Assembly: GCA_022813965.1 (NCBI GenBank)
Contig: JALDZS010000073.1
Location: forward strand, 62,001-107,940
Length of the DNA stretch: 45,940 nucleotides
Origin: Toensbergia leucococca
Taxonomy: Eukaryota
Direction: 5' to 3'
The notes below the pieces were generated by a model. That model had not been told where the DNA came from and did not search any database. It was given only the letters and a program-made list of their open reading frames with translations. Made by a program: the position numbers and the translations under genes. How positions within the stretch are numbered: the stretch's first letter is position 1; each line of letters opens with the position of its first letter. Positions 34,082 to 45,749 of the stretch are shown here, piece after piece.

Positions 34082-35254
34082 TCATCGAGTTGGAAGTGAA
34101 GGAATTCCCGTGATGTTAAGCCCGACCACTTTATTGACACTGTTCCACTCGCACCTCAATGTAGGGCTATCTTTACTGACGGGCTTTAATGGTGTCCTAG
34201 GTACAACGACAGGCCCCTGACATTTGAAACAAAGGAGCTTTGGTCTGCACGAGGTATCCTTGGGAGAGCTGGGAAGGCCAGACGGGCGCTTGATCGTTGG
34301 ATATTTGAGCTTCGAAATACTAGACTCTGGCCTACTGATGTTTGAGATTGGAATGTCTGGACCCATGTGTCCCAGGTTAGTGTCTAGCTTGGGCAAGTCC
34401 TTGTTCGTAAGTATCCGTGTCATCTTGCAATTATTCTTATATGAAATTGAAGCTGACAGATTCGAATGACCATGAGGGGAGCGAGGCAAGCGTTTCTCAC
34501 GTTCCATGCCGATGATGCCGATATCATCGTATCTTGACTTGTAGGTCTTGCAGATGTCTTCTAACGCTTCCTCGTTCAATTCAATATGATCGTATGCCCG
34601 AAGCAGATAGCCTTTCGAGAATTTGTTGCCAGTATAGATAGCATTGATGCGTCGAAGAAGGAGTACGCAAATATCAGTTCGGTCTTCGCGTGGTAAAGAC
34701 ACCAAAACATTTTTAGACAGACGTTGGAGGAGGCGTTTGAAGGTGAATATATGATCGATATTTAGCAAAGTCAGGCCTTCGCCAGTGAAGGCGACATCGT
34801 GTTGGACGAGTGATCGGTGAACGACGTATGATTCGTAATTGCATGATTCGACATCCTGTGATGGACTCCTCGCAACTGGGAATCCAGCCAAGGATTTCAA
34901 CCACCCTGGAATGGGAGTAAATCTCATGGATGCCTTGTGTATGGCCTTGGTGAGGGTGATCCGGGCTTCGCTAGAGATGTGCCACGCTGGAATGATAGAG
35001 CGTTCATGGGCAGAGATTATGAACGCGAGGTGGAGATTCCTTTGAGCAAGCTTACGAGAGATATACTGCAGTACAGGAAACGCAGAGGCACAGTTGACTT
35101 GTAGATCCCAATGATAAGAGAGGCTATTAGCTGAAGGAGAGGTGTCTTTGAAAGTCATTGGACCAAGGCTGAACTCTAGACTGCTGTATCTGGTAGGCTG
35201 GTGAAATGAATGAGCATAGTCGTAGTCAAAGATAGGGGTGATTATGGCCGTCAT
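34082..35254 (-). CDS. Hypothetical protein (globular N-half, low-complexity C-half)
   Basis: Intronless 390 aa ORF. LQYISRKLAQRNLHLAFII and RSLVQHDVAFTGEGLTLLNIDHIFTFK look like a conserved Pezizomycotina domain of unknown function. Confidence 0.7.
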   Translation of the reverse strand: MTAIITPIFDYDYAHSFHQPTRYSSLEFSLGPMTFKDTSPSANSLSYHWDLQVNCASAFPVLQYISRKLAQRNLHLAFIISAHERSIIPAWHISSEARITLTKAIHKASMRFTPIPGWLKSLAGFPVARSPSQDVESCNYESYVVHRSLVQHDVAFTGEGLTLLNIDHIFTFKRLLQRLSKNVLVSLPREDRTDICVLLLRRINAIYTGNKFSKGYLLRAYDHIELNEEALEDICKTYKSRYDDIGIIGMEREKRLPRSPHGHSNLSASISYKNNCKMTRILTNKDLPKLDTNLGHMGPDIPISNISRPESSISKLKYPTIKRPSGLPSSPKDTSCRPKLLCFKCQGPVVVPRTPLKPVSKDSPTLRCEWNSVNKVVGLNITGIPSLPTR

Positions 35255-36306
35255 CGTTATAATATAAGATAGAACTCTGACAATCGTGCAAGACAGGCGT
35301 ACTTCGAAAAGCTAGTATTGACCTTTCGTCTAGGGGTGGCCGTTGTGTTGTATGGTATTATGTCGAGGTCGTAGCTTGTGCCTCCCTACCAAATTCGTTC
35401 ACAGGATGAGCGAAAGAAAAAAGCGGCTGGCAAGAGGAAATATATTGACCACAGTAGGCCAAACATAGATACTCTAAAGACAGAATAGAGAGCATGTAAA
35501 GAAGCGACAGCATGATATCATGTTGGTCATTCGCTGCCGATAAAGTCAATGTAATTCAGGCAAGGAAAAGTTCAAGAAGATAATAGATCTTGCCAAATAT
35601 AGACGTTAAGAACGTATGCATAGAACGGCTCGGGTCTTCAGTAGCTGAAGAGGATTGGGAGAGTTGAGCATTGGAGGCCAACACATATGTGACACTCATT
35701 GTAATTCTCGGCAATACGTCTGATCAAGTAAACATACATGGGGGATCACTTCCCCTTGAGGATTAGAGCAGCGATGAAGGGAGGTTGGAGGTATGACAAT
35801 GCTAAATATGGATGTCTGGATGGTGGTTTTAACCCACAGCAACAAGTAGAGACACCACAATAGGACTTACCGAGCATAGTACAAGAAGCAAGGTACGTAG
35901 TGATGATGATGGTCTTAATTCTGTACACGGTACAGCAATTGCACATATCGACGTGAGAGATATGCATTGTACATGTACTCTGCAGGTTCAAAAATAAACA
36001 CCTTGAGGTTGCCCTAAGATTGACATGCATGAATTAGTGCGGCACAACTTGCGTGTAAGGGTGTGCCCGCACGGGCCGAGGCCCCGGACAACCTATTTTA
36101 ATCGTTGAGGCTATGACACTATGCCAGGAAAAGGAAACAACACCGAGCCTTGAAGTACGAAGAGATTGCAAAATGCGGCAGACCACTAATTGAGGGGGAC
36201 ATTGTGCAGTCAGTGGTCAGTGGTCAGTGGAAAGAGTATCTCGCGGTTCAATTCGCATGCAGGCTGATATGGTCCTCATGACACATCGCAAGACTCTATG
36301 ATCTTA

Positions 36307-37058
36307 CGGGTCCATTTGGGACAGTCACCTTTTTCTTGACTATTTACTCGAATTTACCACTGATACTCAGTCTTTTTCATGATTACCAAGGTAGGTATGT
36401 TGAGTGTCGTGATAAGGAAATGAATAATACCCCTTTTGATACACTAATACTCCACCTATTTTACCCAATTGGGAATCATCATGATCTCACACCACATCTT
36501 GCCTTCTTCTCTACCCCTCTTACCTCTTCTATTCACGTGCTATCTAGGAATCATATTAACTGGGAGAAATATCATGCTTTTGTACCACATCCTGACTCAA
36601 TTCTCCACCCCTCCCTGACTCAAATTTGCACCCCATCTACCTAGATTCATGGCGAATAGGTAAGCGAGGTGATGAATAATGAGGTATGTGAAATGTGTCA
36701 ATATTGCGCTCGGGGATGAGAGGATGAGGTGAAGAATTTAGCAAAAATGCGGTATGAAATCATGATGATTTTCTAGATAACCCTAATTCTGAACTCCACG
36801 CAATTGAGGAGGTAGATCGCATGCAAAAGAATTAGAGAATTTGAGGCGAGATTTGGTACGAAATCATGATGATTCTCTATGTGATTTCGCGCCTAAGAAG
36901 TAGGTAAGTAAGGTGTCAGTGTATCAAAATGGGGTATCAGTGTATCATTTTCCTAGTACATCTCGAGAGATAGCTACCGTGATAGCCATGAGAACGCCTG
37001 TGTATCAGTGAAAAATGTCAGTAACAATCTTAAAAAGTGGCCGTTCTGTATGGACCCG
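36307..37058. mobile_element. Non-autonomous fold-back DNA transposon (Mutator-like MITE), 752 bp
   Basis: Termini CGGGTCCAT...ATGGACCCG with a perfect 9-bp direct repeat ATGATCTTA at 36298-36306 and 37059-37067. Imperfect inverted arms extend several hundred bp inward (36424-36450 vs 36913-36939; 36474-36504 vs 36844-36874). No transposase ORF. Confidence 0.9.
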
Positions 37059-37235
37059 ATGATCTTAGAGCTATTCCACATAAGGTCTTCTTTCGTCTAG
37101 CTACGTCTACCTTTAGCACCATCGCCATTGTCGAGATTTATGTTGTAGGATTTGTCAGGCATAGTTATTGGTAGAAAGATTGGAACCCCGGTTCTCACAA
37201 TTCAGCAGCCCAGCTTCTACCGTGCATCGAATGCT

Positions 37236-38611
37236 TCATAGGGCGCTCTTCTCACGCTGGACACTGCCCTCAAGCCACTCCTTGAGAATATCGTTGATCT
37301 GCTCTGGCGCTTCCCACAGGGCCCAGTGACTAGTATTCACTTCCTTCCTGACCAGAACCGGAATGTGCTTCTCCATACCTGCTGACATAGAGGGCGGGAG
37401 GGCTGCATCATTTGTTGCCGAGATGAATAGCACAGGAACATCTATGCTTGCCTTCTGGAGCCTATGATTGCTTAGTGCCATGGACGTAAGTGAAGTCTGT
37501 TCTGCGTAAGTCTTACAGTAATTCGTCCTGGAAGTTCAATGCTCTGGTTCTGTACCAGTTCACTTCCGCCACGTAAGCTAAGATTGCATCAGCATTGTGT
37601 GGAGACTCACAAGGTCCATGTAGTCCGCCATTATTGGCGTATTGATTTGCGTAGTAATCTAGTTCCTGCATTGCTTGTTACTAGTGTAGTAATTTCACCA
37701 ATGGGCGGAGATCTCACGTCTTGCTTTAAAAGCTTGGTCGGGCTCAAGGTGTGTAGACTTTTTAGATGTATTCCGTGCTTCACATCAAATCCCAATTCTC
37801 CATTTGGGCCTTGTCCACCGTAAAAAGCATTGAGGACTTGCCGAATCTGCTGTTTTGACTGGATTTCTTTCTCAATCTCACCACTGCTGAGTTGCAGTTG
37901 ATACCTAAAATTGGGTATTCTCGACCCCACCATTTCTTCAAGGGGTACAAAATCCTTAGAGGGGGCCCAGAAAGGAGTGCAGATAGAGAATAAATGAGTA
38001 ACAAAATCGGGAAACCAGAGAGCTACTCGGTACACAACCGCTCCTCCCCTGACATTATCAACATGTATTAATCATCTGGGCAAGACCACATCTCTCAACA
38101 TACCAATCATGGCCTCCAAGAATCACCTGCTTCGCCCCAAGTTGTCGAGCCAGCTCTCTGATGTCATTGACAGCTCTTGTGAAGCTGTAGTAAGCCAGTG
38201 GAACTGGGGCATCCTAATGAATTTAGTTTGTAGATTTTCTGATATGACTGAAGCTCTGGAATTGTATCTACCGTTCCACCAAACCCCATAAGATCAGGGC
38301 AAACGACCCGATAGCCCATGCCCATCAATAACGGAATCTGATATCTCCAACCTATAGAAAGGTCTGGGAAGCCATGAATCTGCCATCGTCATTGAGTCCT
38401 AATCAACGAACATCAGATATCGAGACCCACCAAGAAGATTGTTGCCTTGAAATCCTCCTTTGAACTTCCAAGAAGGTAATCTAAATGCTTGCAATCAGAA
38501 GTGCGTACTGCTGGAGGTGATGGATGAAGTACGATAAGTCTGGCCGTTCACTTTTGCCTGGCAGTGCTTCACCCCAGGAATGTGAAATGGATCAACGGCA
38601 TCGACGGCCAT
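37236..38611 (-). CDS. Soluble epoxide hydrolase-like alpha/beta hydrolase
   Basis: Eight exons: 38611-38533, 38480-38431, 38379-38272, 38213-38104, 38048-37718, 37665-37611, 37562-37517, 37461-37236. Motifs [21 protein letters not shown] (Asp nucleophile), LNWYR, SHWALWE. An in-frame alternative ATG lies at 38620. Confidence 0.92.
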
Positions 38612-38994
38612 TTTTACCATTCAGCTGAACCAAGTAACGGTTAGCTAAATGATGTTAACATGAGCCAGGTTTGATGATGGCCAGTAACAAACTCTGCTTC
38701 CTAGTAAAGTGGGGCCAAGCTGACGGGAATAGGTAGCCGTACTTTAGGTAAGCGAGAGAGTCGAGATTCCATCAAGCATAGGAAAAGGACTGTAACAGAG
38801 TCGTGCTTGTAGAAAATTGGAGTCTCGTGACTAGATATTAAGATATCTCACTATGTACAAAAGTTCGTGCCCAATGACTTCAAGTCCAGGACATATTGTT
38901 GCTTTGACACCACATCAGATGAGCTTCCGCAAGCAGGCTTCTACGCCGACCTCATCAGCCAAAAGTCGCTAGCAAAGCAATTGAACGGTAAAGA

Positions 38995-40060
38995 TTAGTA
39001 AATGACAGTATCTTCTTCTCCCTCGAGAACTATTTCTCCACCATCGTCTCCGTTTTCTTTCAGGGCTTCAACTGGCTCCTCATGCGATTTAGAAGCATTG
39101 GAGTCAAGAGAAGGAATATGATTAGTATCGCCATGTGTTGCTGGCTCGGAAGGTTCTGCCAAGTTAGTTGCGTGACCCACCGTTTCCGAAACTTCAGTCT
39201 TGACCTCTGGAGATTTCACCAGCTCATCAATCGTATCTGACAATTGAGCTTCATCATTAACCGTGGAATCGGTCTCAAATTGCAAGGTCTCTTCGTTGAT
39301 GAATTCTTGAGCCTGTTCGATCTGTGCCTTAATTTTGGCCTCATCGCCCGGTGAAAGCTCCCACGGCTTGTAATACTGTACGGAGTTTAGCGAGTCGACT
39401 TTATTCGTATTGCTAATCGGACCTACCAGCTTCGGCTCAGCTTTTGTTTGTAGGAATTGCGCCGCAGCCAAGTGATTCGAATGGCGAATCTGCATCTATA
39501 GAATGGTCAGTATAGCTTTAGCGCAGAGGGATAAAATTCTCAAGCCGTACTGATTGCTTGTCGTATTTTTTCTGTTCTCGTCGGCGGATTGCCATAAGAG
39601 CCTCGAGCCGCTCCTTTTTCTTCTCGTCGAATTCTTCAGCCTGTAGCTTTAGCTTGGCTTGCTGTTTCCTTTCAATGTCTATCCGACGCTTTTGTGCTGT
39701 TGAAGATGAGCTCTGAGATAACGTGCCGAGCAGAGCGCCAAACAATCTCTGCCCCCGCTTGCGCTCCTCCATCTGTCCGCTTTTCCGTCGCTCCGATGTT
39801 CGATCCGGTGTTGTCAGGGGTGGAGAGGCAGGCGCATCTTCTCTATCGTGACCTGTGCCATGGCTGAGCCGGGGTCGCTTGGTTGCCCCCTCTGATACAG
39901 ATGACTGTCTGCGCTTTGTAGGTCCTTGTAGTGAGGAAAGTATTTCTTCTGGCTCGGGAAGAATGACTGCCGAAGCAACGGCTCTACGGTAGGCATAAGC
40001 TGAAAGAGCGGCAAAGGTCAGTTTTTGCGGGGCTACTCACACGCGTAAGTCAGTCATCAT
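38995..40060 (-). CDS. Pinin/SDK/memA domain protein
   Basis: Exons 40060-40041, 39983-39551, 39495-39427, 39375-38995. EERKRGQRLFGALLGTLSQ and FLQTKAEPKLYYKPWEL are typical of the pinin domain; acidic tail EGEEDTVIY. Confidence 0.85.
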
Positions 40061-40313
40061 CAAATCATAGTCACGTTGAAAGGTGTCTGTAGAGTATATT
40101 CAGAAATGGATATCAGATTGAAATGCTTGGCGTGGCCTTCATTAGTCAAGGCGCTAGTGAGAGAAGCTCGGACCACTGACAAATTCGACCTCCAGACTTC
40201 CTCCGACTTCCATGTCGTTGCTTGTGGAAAAGGATTGTTCGCTCTCTCGAATCCTCTGTAACTCTCATAACTAACACATCTCCCCAAGTACTCGGACTCT
40301 TACTTAGCGGAGA

Positions 40314-40759
40314 ATGTCTCGCCATCATCCGTAAGTCCTGCACCACCATTTTTTTTCAGATATTCATAATCCTGACAACACTCTAGGGATCTGGTAATGT
40401 GCCGAAAGCAAGCCGGCATAGCAATAGGACGTCTTTGCGACAAATGCGATGGCAAATGCCCAGTTTGCGATAGTTACGTTCGACCTACCACGCTTGTTCG
40501 GATCTGCGATGAATGCTCCTTTGGCAACTACCAGAATAAGTGTGTTGTATGTGGTGGCGAGGTCAGCCTTTGCGCCTTCCTGTATCTCACTTTTTTGAAG
40601 TTGCTGACAGAAATATACTGATAGGGAATCTCGGATGCCTTCTACTGTTTTGAATGTACACGTCTAGAGAAAGATCGGGACGGGTGTCCAAAGATCATAA
40701 ACCTTGGATCTTCAAGAACAGATCTTTTCTATCAAAAGAAAAACTTTCGAAACCACTAG
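40314..40759 (+). CDS. RDS3: PHF5A/Rds3/Ini1 SF3b splicing factor
   Basis: Exons 40314-40330, 40387-40561, 40625-40759 give [39 protein letters not shown]...[33 protein letters not shown]. Confidence 0.98.
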
Positions 40760-41810
40760 TCGCCAGCCTTTCAATTTCGATGTGTTCCTAGCTTATGGTC
40801 TGAAAACTGGAGTCAAGGGGGGAGATTGTTTTACGTTCACATTTGGGGAAGGCGGCTTTGTTAATCATAACAGGTGTGGCATTACGTCTTATGGCGGTCA
40901 TGAGAACACAACATTATGGGCAACGCTAAGATGTCTTGTAGTCAGACTAGAAGAACCAGGTCACCAAGCCATAAATTCAAGCGGGTTCAGTCTTGTCGAC
41001 ATGACTTACATCTAGCGAGCCAAAACGCCCCCACGGAAAAATAGATGTGCTCAATCAGCTTGGATCGCTATCGAAGACCATGGACTTACACGAAATAAGC
41101 AGTCAGCTCAAAGACTCTCCGCACTTGACTCAAGACTTTCTGCAAATCAAACAATGCCTAGCTGCACTTCACATATTCGGCCGAGACCATCCACATCATC
41201 ATATTTCCTGGCAAAAATCCTCAGGCTGCGAAAACGCTCAAAAACATTGGGTCTGGCTACCATGACTAATACACCCTTCATTCCACAAATAAGAAGAGAT
41301 GTACTTGGAGTTGAGCTTTTGCAGGAACAGGGCTCGATAGTACAGCATAGCATTCCATTTCGACATCTGTCACGACTTGGAGCTTTAGGCTAATCAAAGA
41401 GCTGCCGACCTGTTCTTGTTTTAACCCTCTGATTGCTCTCAAGCTTACCTTAACCTCAGCATTAGGCCAATAGAAAGGGAGTCTTCGTTCTCCTAAGTAG
41501 CAGGTGAAGCTACGAAAACTCTTCTTGTCCGTCGCCACGACCATACTCGTCCTCTTTTGTTTCCCGATTGTCTACCATGGTAGTTCAGGTATATGAGTGG
41601 AGGAGGTTTGGCCAAATGAGTCGTGGGGACGACGAATTGTTTGTGGAAAGATGTTTTGAGGGTCAGTTGACGATTAGCGGTATTTTGTGTATGGCATGTA
41701 TTTCAATTGATGTACGAGTACAGTACGTACAAAAGCTTCTGCAAAGATAGTCTGGAATTGAAACACATCTAGCGTCGCTTCAATACCAATATTAGGCAGA
41801 AAAAGGGGTA

Positions 41811-43037
41811 TCACAACTTCACGATTCTCTCCATCCACTTTGGATTGACCCTCCAAGGCTCTATATCTGGGCCAGCCTTCCTCCTCTCCTCATCTACCCT
41901 CCACCTCTCAACCACATTCCTCAACCACCCCTCTACCACTCTCGCCGCCCCCTCCGGCTTCTCCAATGGCACCGGATGACCAGTCTCTGCAACCCACACT
42001 TCCTGCACTGCCCCACTCGCCACCCCACCATTGCCCCCATCTCCCATACCCGTTTGCTCTATAATAGGTTTTCGATATGCTTCATTTGAAATATATCCGT
42101 CAGAAGCCCAGACGTAGAGGATCGACGGAGAGATTAGCGGGAGTTGGGTCCATGATTGAATGACTTCACTGCGGTAGAAGCCCGGAACTACCAATGCACG
42201 GGAAGGGTGTTCACCTGCTATGGGGGGGTATTCGGGGAAAGGGGGTTCGGGGCGCATCATAGTTGCGAGTTCCATGAATTTGGGCGTGGTGAGCGTTACG
42301 GGTGTTTTTGTGGTGTCTCTATTTTTCAAGAGTGGTGACTGATTTAGGCGATGGTCTGGCGGAATATCGCGAAGGTCATACTGCACCACGCGCTCGAAGA
42401 CTCGCTGGTCAAATGCGCCGTAGTAGGGTGTTTTGCGCAGCAGGCGAGCGGCGTCCTCGCGCGAGGGCCATATATCTCGGCGCTTGGCCATGAGCGCCGC
42501 CGTATGTGCTCGATCTCGGCGACCTGCGTGCCGGAAGCCTGTCGTGAGAGTTGGCTCCATCATGATGAGGCCGGCGAACAGGCGCGGGTGGAATACCGAT
42601 GTTCGGATCAGAGCGTGGCAGCCCCAGGACTGGCTTATCCCTACAATAGGTGATGGCATGGAATCTTGGAAGTGATTGATCATGTGATTGAGGTCTCGGG
42701 CGTTGTCGAACCAATGCGGTTCGTCACCAATGGTGCTCTCGTTGAGGAGGTAGGAAGCGCCATGGTGGGCAGCGTCCATGGCCCAGACACCACGTATTGG
42801 CAGGTCAAGGAGCAGGAGCTCGTCGAAAAGGGGTTCATAGGATTCCTTTGTGGAGCCGACGCCGTGGGTTAGGATTACGGTCAGGGAACCGGCGGAGGGC
42901 AGGGGCTTGTTTTTAGGGGTGTATTGCTTTATGGCGAGGCGGAGAGGTGAGGATTCATCGCGGATGCCGCGGGGGAAACCGCGGATGTGGGAGGCGGGGA
43001 TTGTGTGGGAAGTTATCGTCCAGAGATTTGTGGACAT
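41811..43037 (-). CDS. Alpha/beta hydrolase (Lpx1/MpaH-like 'toxin biosynthesis' family)
   Basis: Intronless 408 aa. IPASHIRGFPR, THGVGSTKESYEP, DAAHHGAS..LN, nucleophile elbow SQSWG, RRDIWPSRE, GDGGNGG, GHPVPLE; ends in -VKL. Confidence 0.85.
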   Translation of the reverse strand: MSTNLWTITSHTIPASHIRGFPRGIRDESSPLRLAIKQYTPKNKPLPSAGSLTVILTHGVGSTKESYEPLFDELLLLDLPIRGVWAMDAAHHGASYLLNESTIGDEPHWFDNARDLNHMINHFQDSMPSPIVGISQSWGCHALIRTSVFHPRLFAGLIMMEPTLTTGFRHAGRRDRAHTAALMAKRRDIWPSREDAARLLRKTPYYGAFDQRVFERVVQYDLRDIPPDHRLNQSPLLKNRDTTKTPVTLTTPKFMELATMMRPEPPFPEYPPIAGEHPSRALVVPGFYRSEVIQSWTQLPLISPSILYVWASDGYISNEAYRKPIIEQTGMGDGGNGGVASGAVQEVWVAETGHPVPLEKPEGAARVVEGWLRNVVERWRVDEERRKAGPDIEPWRVNPKWMERIVKL

Positions 43038-44309
43038 TGTGGAAGTGATGTGGGGGATTTAGTGGGAGGAAATATTGAGGTCTGAAATGCAGGAAGGATC
43101 ATGAGAGGAGATAGCCGTTTTTGCTGGTGGATGTATACATGTACATGTTGAAAGAGGGGAAGAAAGGAAGACAATCAGTAGTGTGAGGGATATAGGACTT
43201 GCTATTATCGCATCTTACCTGTAGAAAAGTAATTTGAGGGTGCATTCGATTATTCTAAGAATCGCGGTGGTAGCATTTAGCATATTCATATCATCTGCGA
43301 CATCTTGGCACCGCAGATCCCCCCCCACCTCCACCCCAACACCTATGTCTACATCATACCTACATCAAATTTAGTACTGTAAGCTTAACAGCTTTTAGAG
43401 AATCATCTGTGAACATCATTCAGTAGAAAAGTATCACTCATCTATGAATTCTAGCAGCATTGTGAGTCATGACCGCAGTATGTCAATTCTGAGGGGGGAG
43501 AACTACCATTACTGTTGAAATCCCTGGAGCCTTCATAAGCGTTACTCACCTACTGAATGATGTCATAAGATGCTTCTGAATGACTCGTATCACCGAACCG
43601 AGAAATGTATGGCGGACCAATCCTTACACTCTGCAAAAACCAAGGCGCAATTCTCTACCAGCGATGTATGATCTTTGATCTGAGGTTTCCGAGTTGATTT
43701 TGTCCTATTCTACGTTCAACCCTGGTCCGCCATACTTCCCCATAGAATACACGCCTTCAACGGCTTTCGGCAGGCTCCACCGCTCCCCCCGTCCTGTGCG
43801 TCTCCCTGCTCCTATTTAAGCCCGTCTTCAGTTAACCTGGATGCTTCAGCATGATTTCCATTCCCTTTCCCTTCAGCTTCATCACCACAAACAATTTTGA
43901 GAAATGTTATTGTCATCCCTATTAGTCTTTCGTTTCCAATTGTTATTTAATGAGATCCCGACGCCAACTTCAGGATATTAATATTCAATACCAAACAGCT
44001 CCTAACTATCAACACCAACGCTCCATCAGCATGCATTGCTGATGCCACCATGTATGCTTACACAGATGGTTTCTTGCCTCTTCCGAAAAACTATTTTTTT
44101 GAGCATGAATTGTTTGCTTGAAGTACTCATTCAACCAATTCGTGCGCGAAGATACCTCAACCACTTTGATGATATATATAACCCTCAATGCCCTAGAAAG
44201 CAGCACATGGTCTCACATTTCCTGCACGGATGCGAGTACTTACGCCTTATACCCCGTTTCCCTTCAACTATACATCTAAAACACCAGCTAGAAAACAAAA
44301 AGCATTCTC

Positions 44310-45749
44310 TTAAATGTAGCTAACTTTGACACCCATCCCAACCGTCTGTTTAACCTTTTCCCAACCAGATCCGGTGATTTTCCTTATTCTTTCCTTAACA
44401 TCACGACGGCTAAACATTAATATCAGACCTATTAGAAAAAGCACCGTTCGCAATAATATCATGGGATTATTCGACATTGATTGCGCCATGTTCGATATCA
44501 AGCGCTGCAGTGTAGATACTATAGCCATACTCCGTTTGTACATTCCAGCATGCGATGTCTTTTTTGATGTTATCGACGGAGATCGTGATGTCGGTGATAG
44601 ATGCACTTGGTTCAGTTCTATATCCCCTTTCACCTTTGCAAACTCCTTTGAAGTCGGCATCTTAGCTTTACTATTCGTAGGACTTGAACGAGGGCCATCA
44701 ATTCCGTAATCCTTCTCACTGTCTAACTTTCTGTGTCCTCGAATGGACTGTTCGTTTCTCAAACGTTCATCCCGGGCTTTGGCTTCTTCCAGTCTTTCTG
44801 CCTCAGCTTGCTGCCGTTGTCGTTCATGTTCCTCCTCTCTTTCACGTAGCAAGTCTTTCTCGTGCTTCTGGTTATTTGTTTTCTCTTCTTCCAGGCCTTG
44901 TAAAGTCTGTAGAAAAGCGTCCTTTCTTTCCCCGTCGAGGACTTCGCTCATGCCGATGAAATCTCTTGCGTAACTCCATTCTTCGTTGCGAGGGAGGACA
45001 TGAAGAGTATATAGCTCCAATATCTTGATGCGGGTAATGAGGTCTCTCGGGGTATTGGTGTCGTTGCTATGAGATAGTCGAGAAACATCATCGCCATTTG
45101 ATTTAGTCGAGTTCTCAAATCGTTCCGTAGGGTCAAGAGCTGGTTGACTTGATGCAGATAAATAGGACTCAAGGCGTTGCTGATTAACGATCTGAGAAGG
45201 AGACTGGGATAGTAGAAGCGTTGCTCTATTGGACGTGGTTGATTAGAGTTATGTTCTCCAGCGTATAAGTATGAACATGACTTGCAAATTGGTGACTACA
45301 TCGGCGTCAACATTCCCTTCAATGCCTCCATAACCTATCTGCACTACGTTCTCCCAAATAGTGCCATCCCGAACCTGGGCTACGATGTTCCTCCACTCCT
45401 TGCTCCCGAACGAGTTTTTGCCATTTTCCGGGCCCAACTCAATAATAGCATTGAGAAGGGTGAGGTACAAACTCCAAACCTTTATCCTAGTGCCTCGACT
45501 TGCGGCTGCTATGGGAGCTGATCCGGCGGCTCTTTCTTTGGTTGAAAATTGATCTGCAGTTTCAGGTAAAGTAACGAGTGGTTCAAGGGTTGAGAGCGAC
45601 TCAGGGAGTCGACGTGTAAGAAATAGAGTCGAAGCTTGTTTGTAGGTTTTAGAAAGGTGTGAAGACACTTGTCGCGAGGAGGACAAAGATACAGTCGAAG
45701 CACCGAGAAGACCGGAGGAGGTGAGCGAATCGCCCATAACGTCAGTCAT
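44310..45749 (-). CDS. PEX26: Peroxin 26 (tail-anchored Pex6 anchor)
   Basis: Exons 45749-45286 and 45225-44310 joined by a GC-AG intron. Motifs YKQASTLFLTRRL, RIKVWSLYLTLLN, NQQRLESYL, ELYTLHVLPRNEEWSYARDFI, a C-terminal TM helix and GWEKVKQTVGMGVKVSYI. Confidence 0.88.

Noticed and set aside
36209..36230. GTCAGTG x3 tandem repeat
   Set aside because: Too short to interpret, and outside the MITE boundaries.
36336..36644. 102-aa ORF inside the MITE
   Set aside because: TTG start, no transposase motifs, and it lies in the inverted-repeat arm.
41000..41600. Short ORFs with a possible GTAAGC donor between PHF5A and the hydrolase
   Set aside because: Could not be assembled into a coherent spliced protein with recognisable features.
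43380..43900. Possible box C/D snoRNA cluster
   Set aside because: CTGA and ATGA motifs are present, but I found no proper RTGATGA...CTGA spacing and no recognisable rRNA guide.
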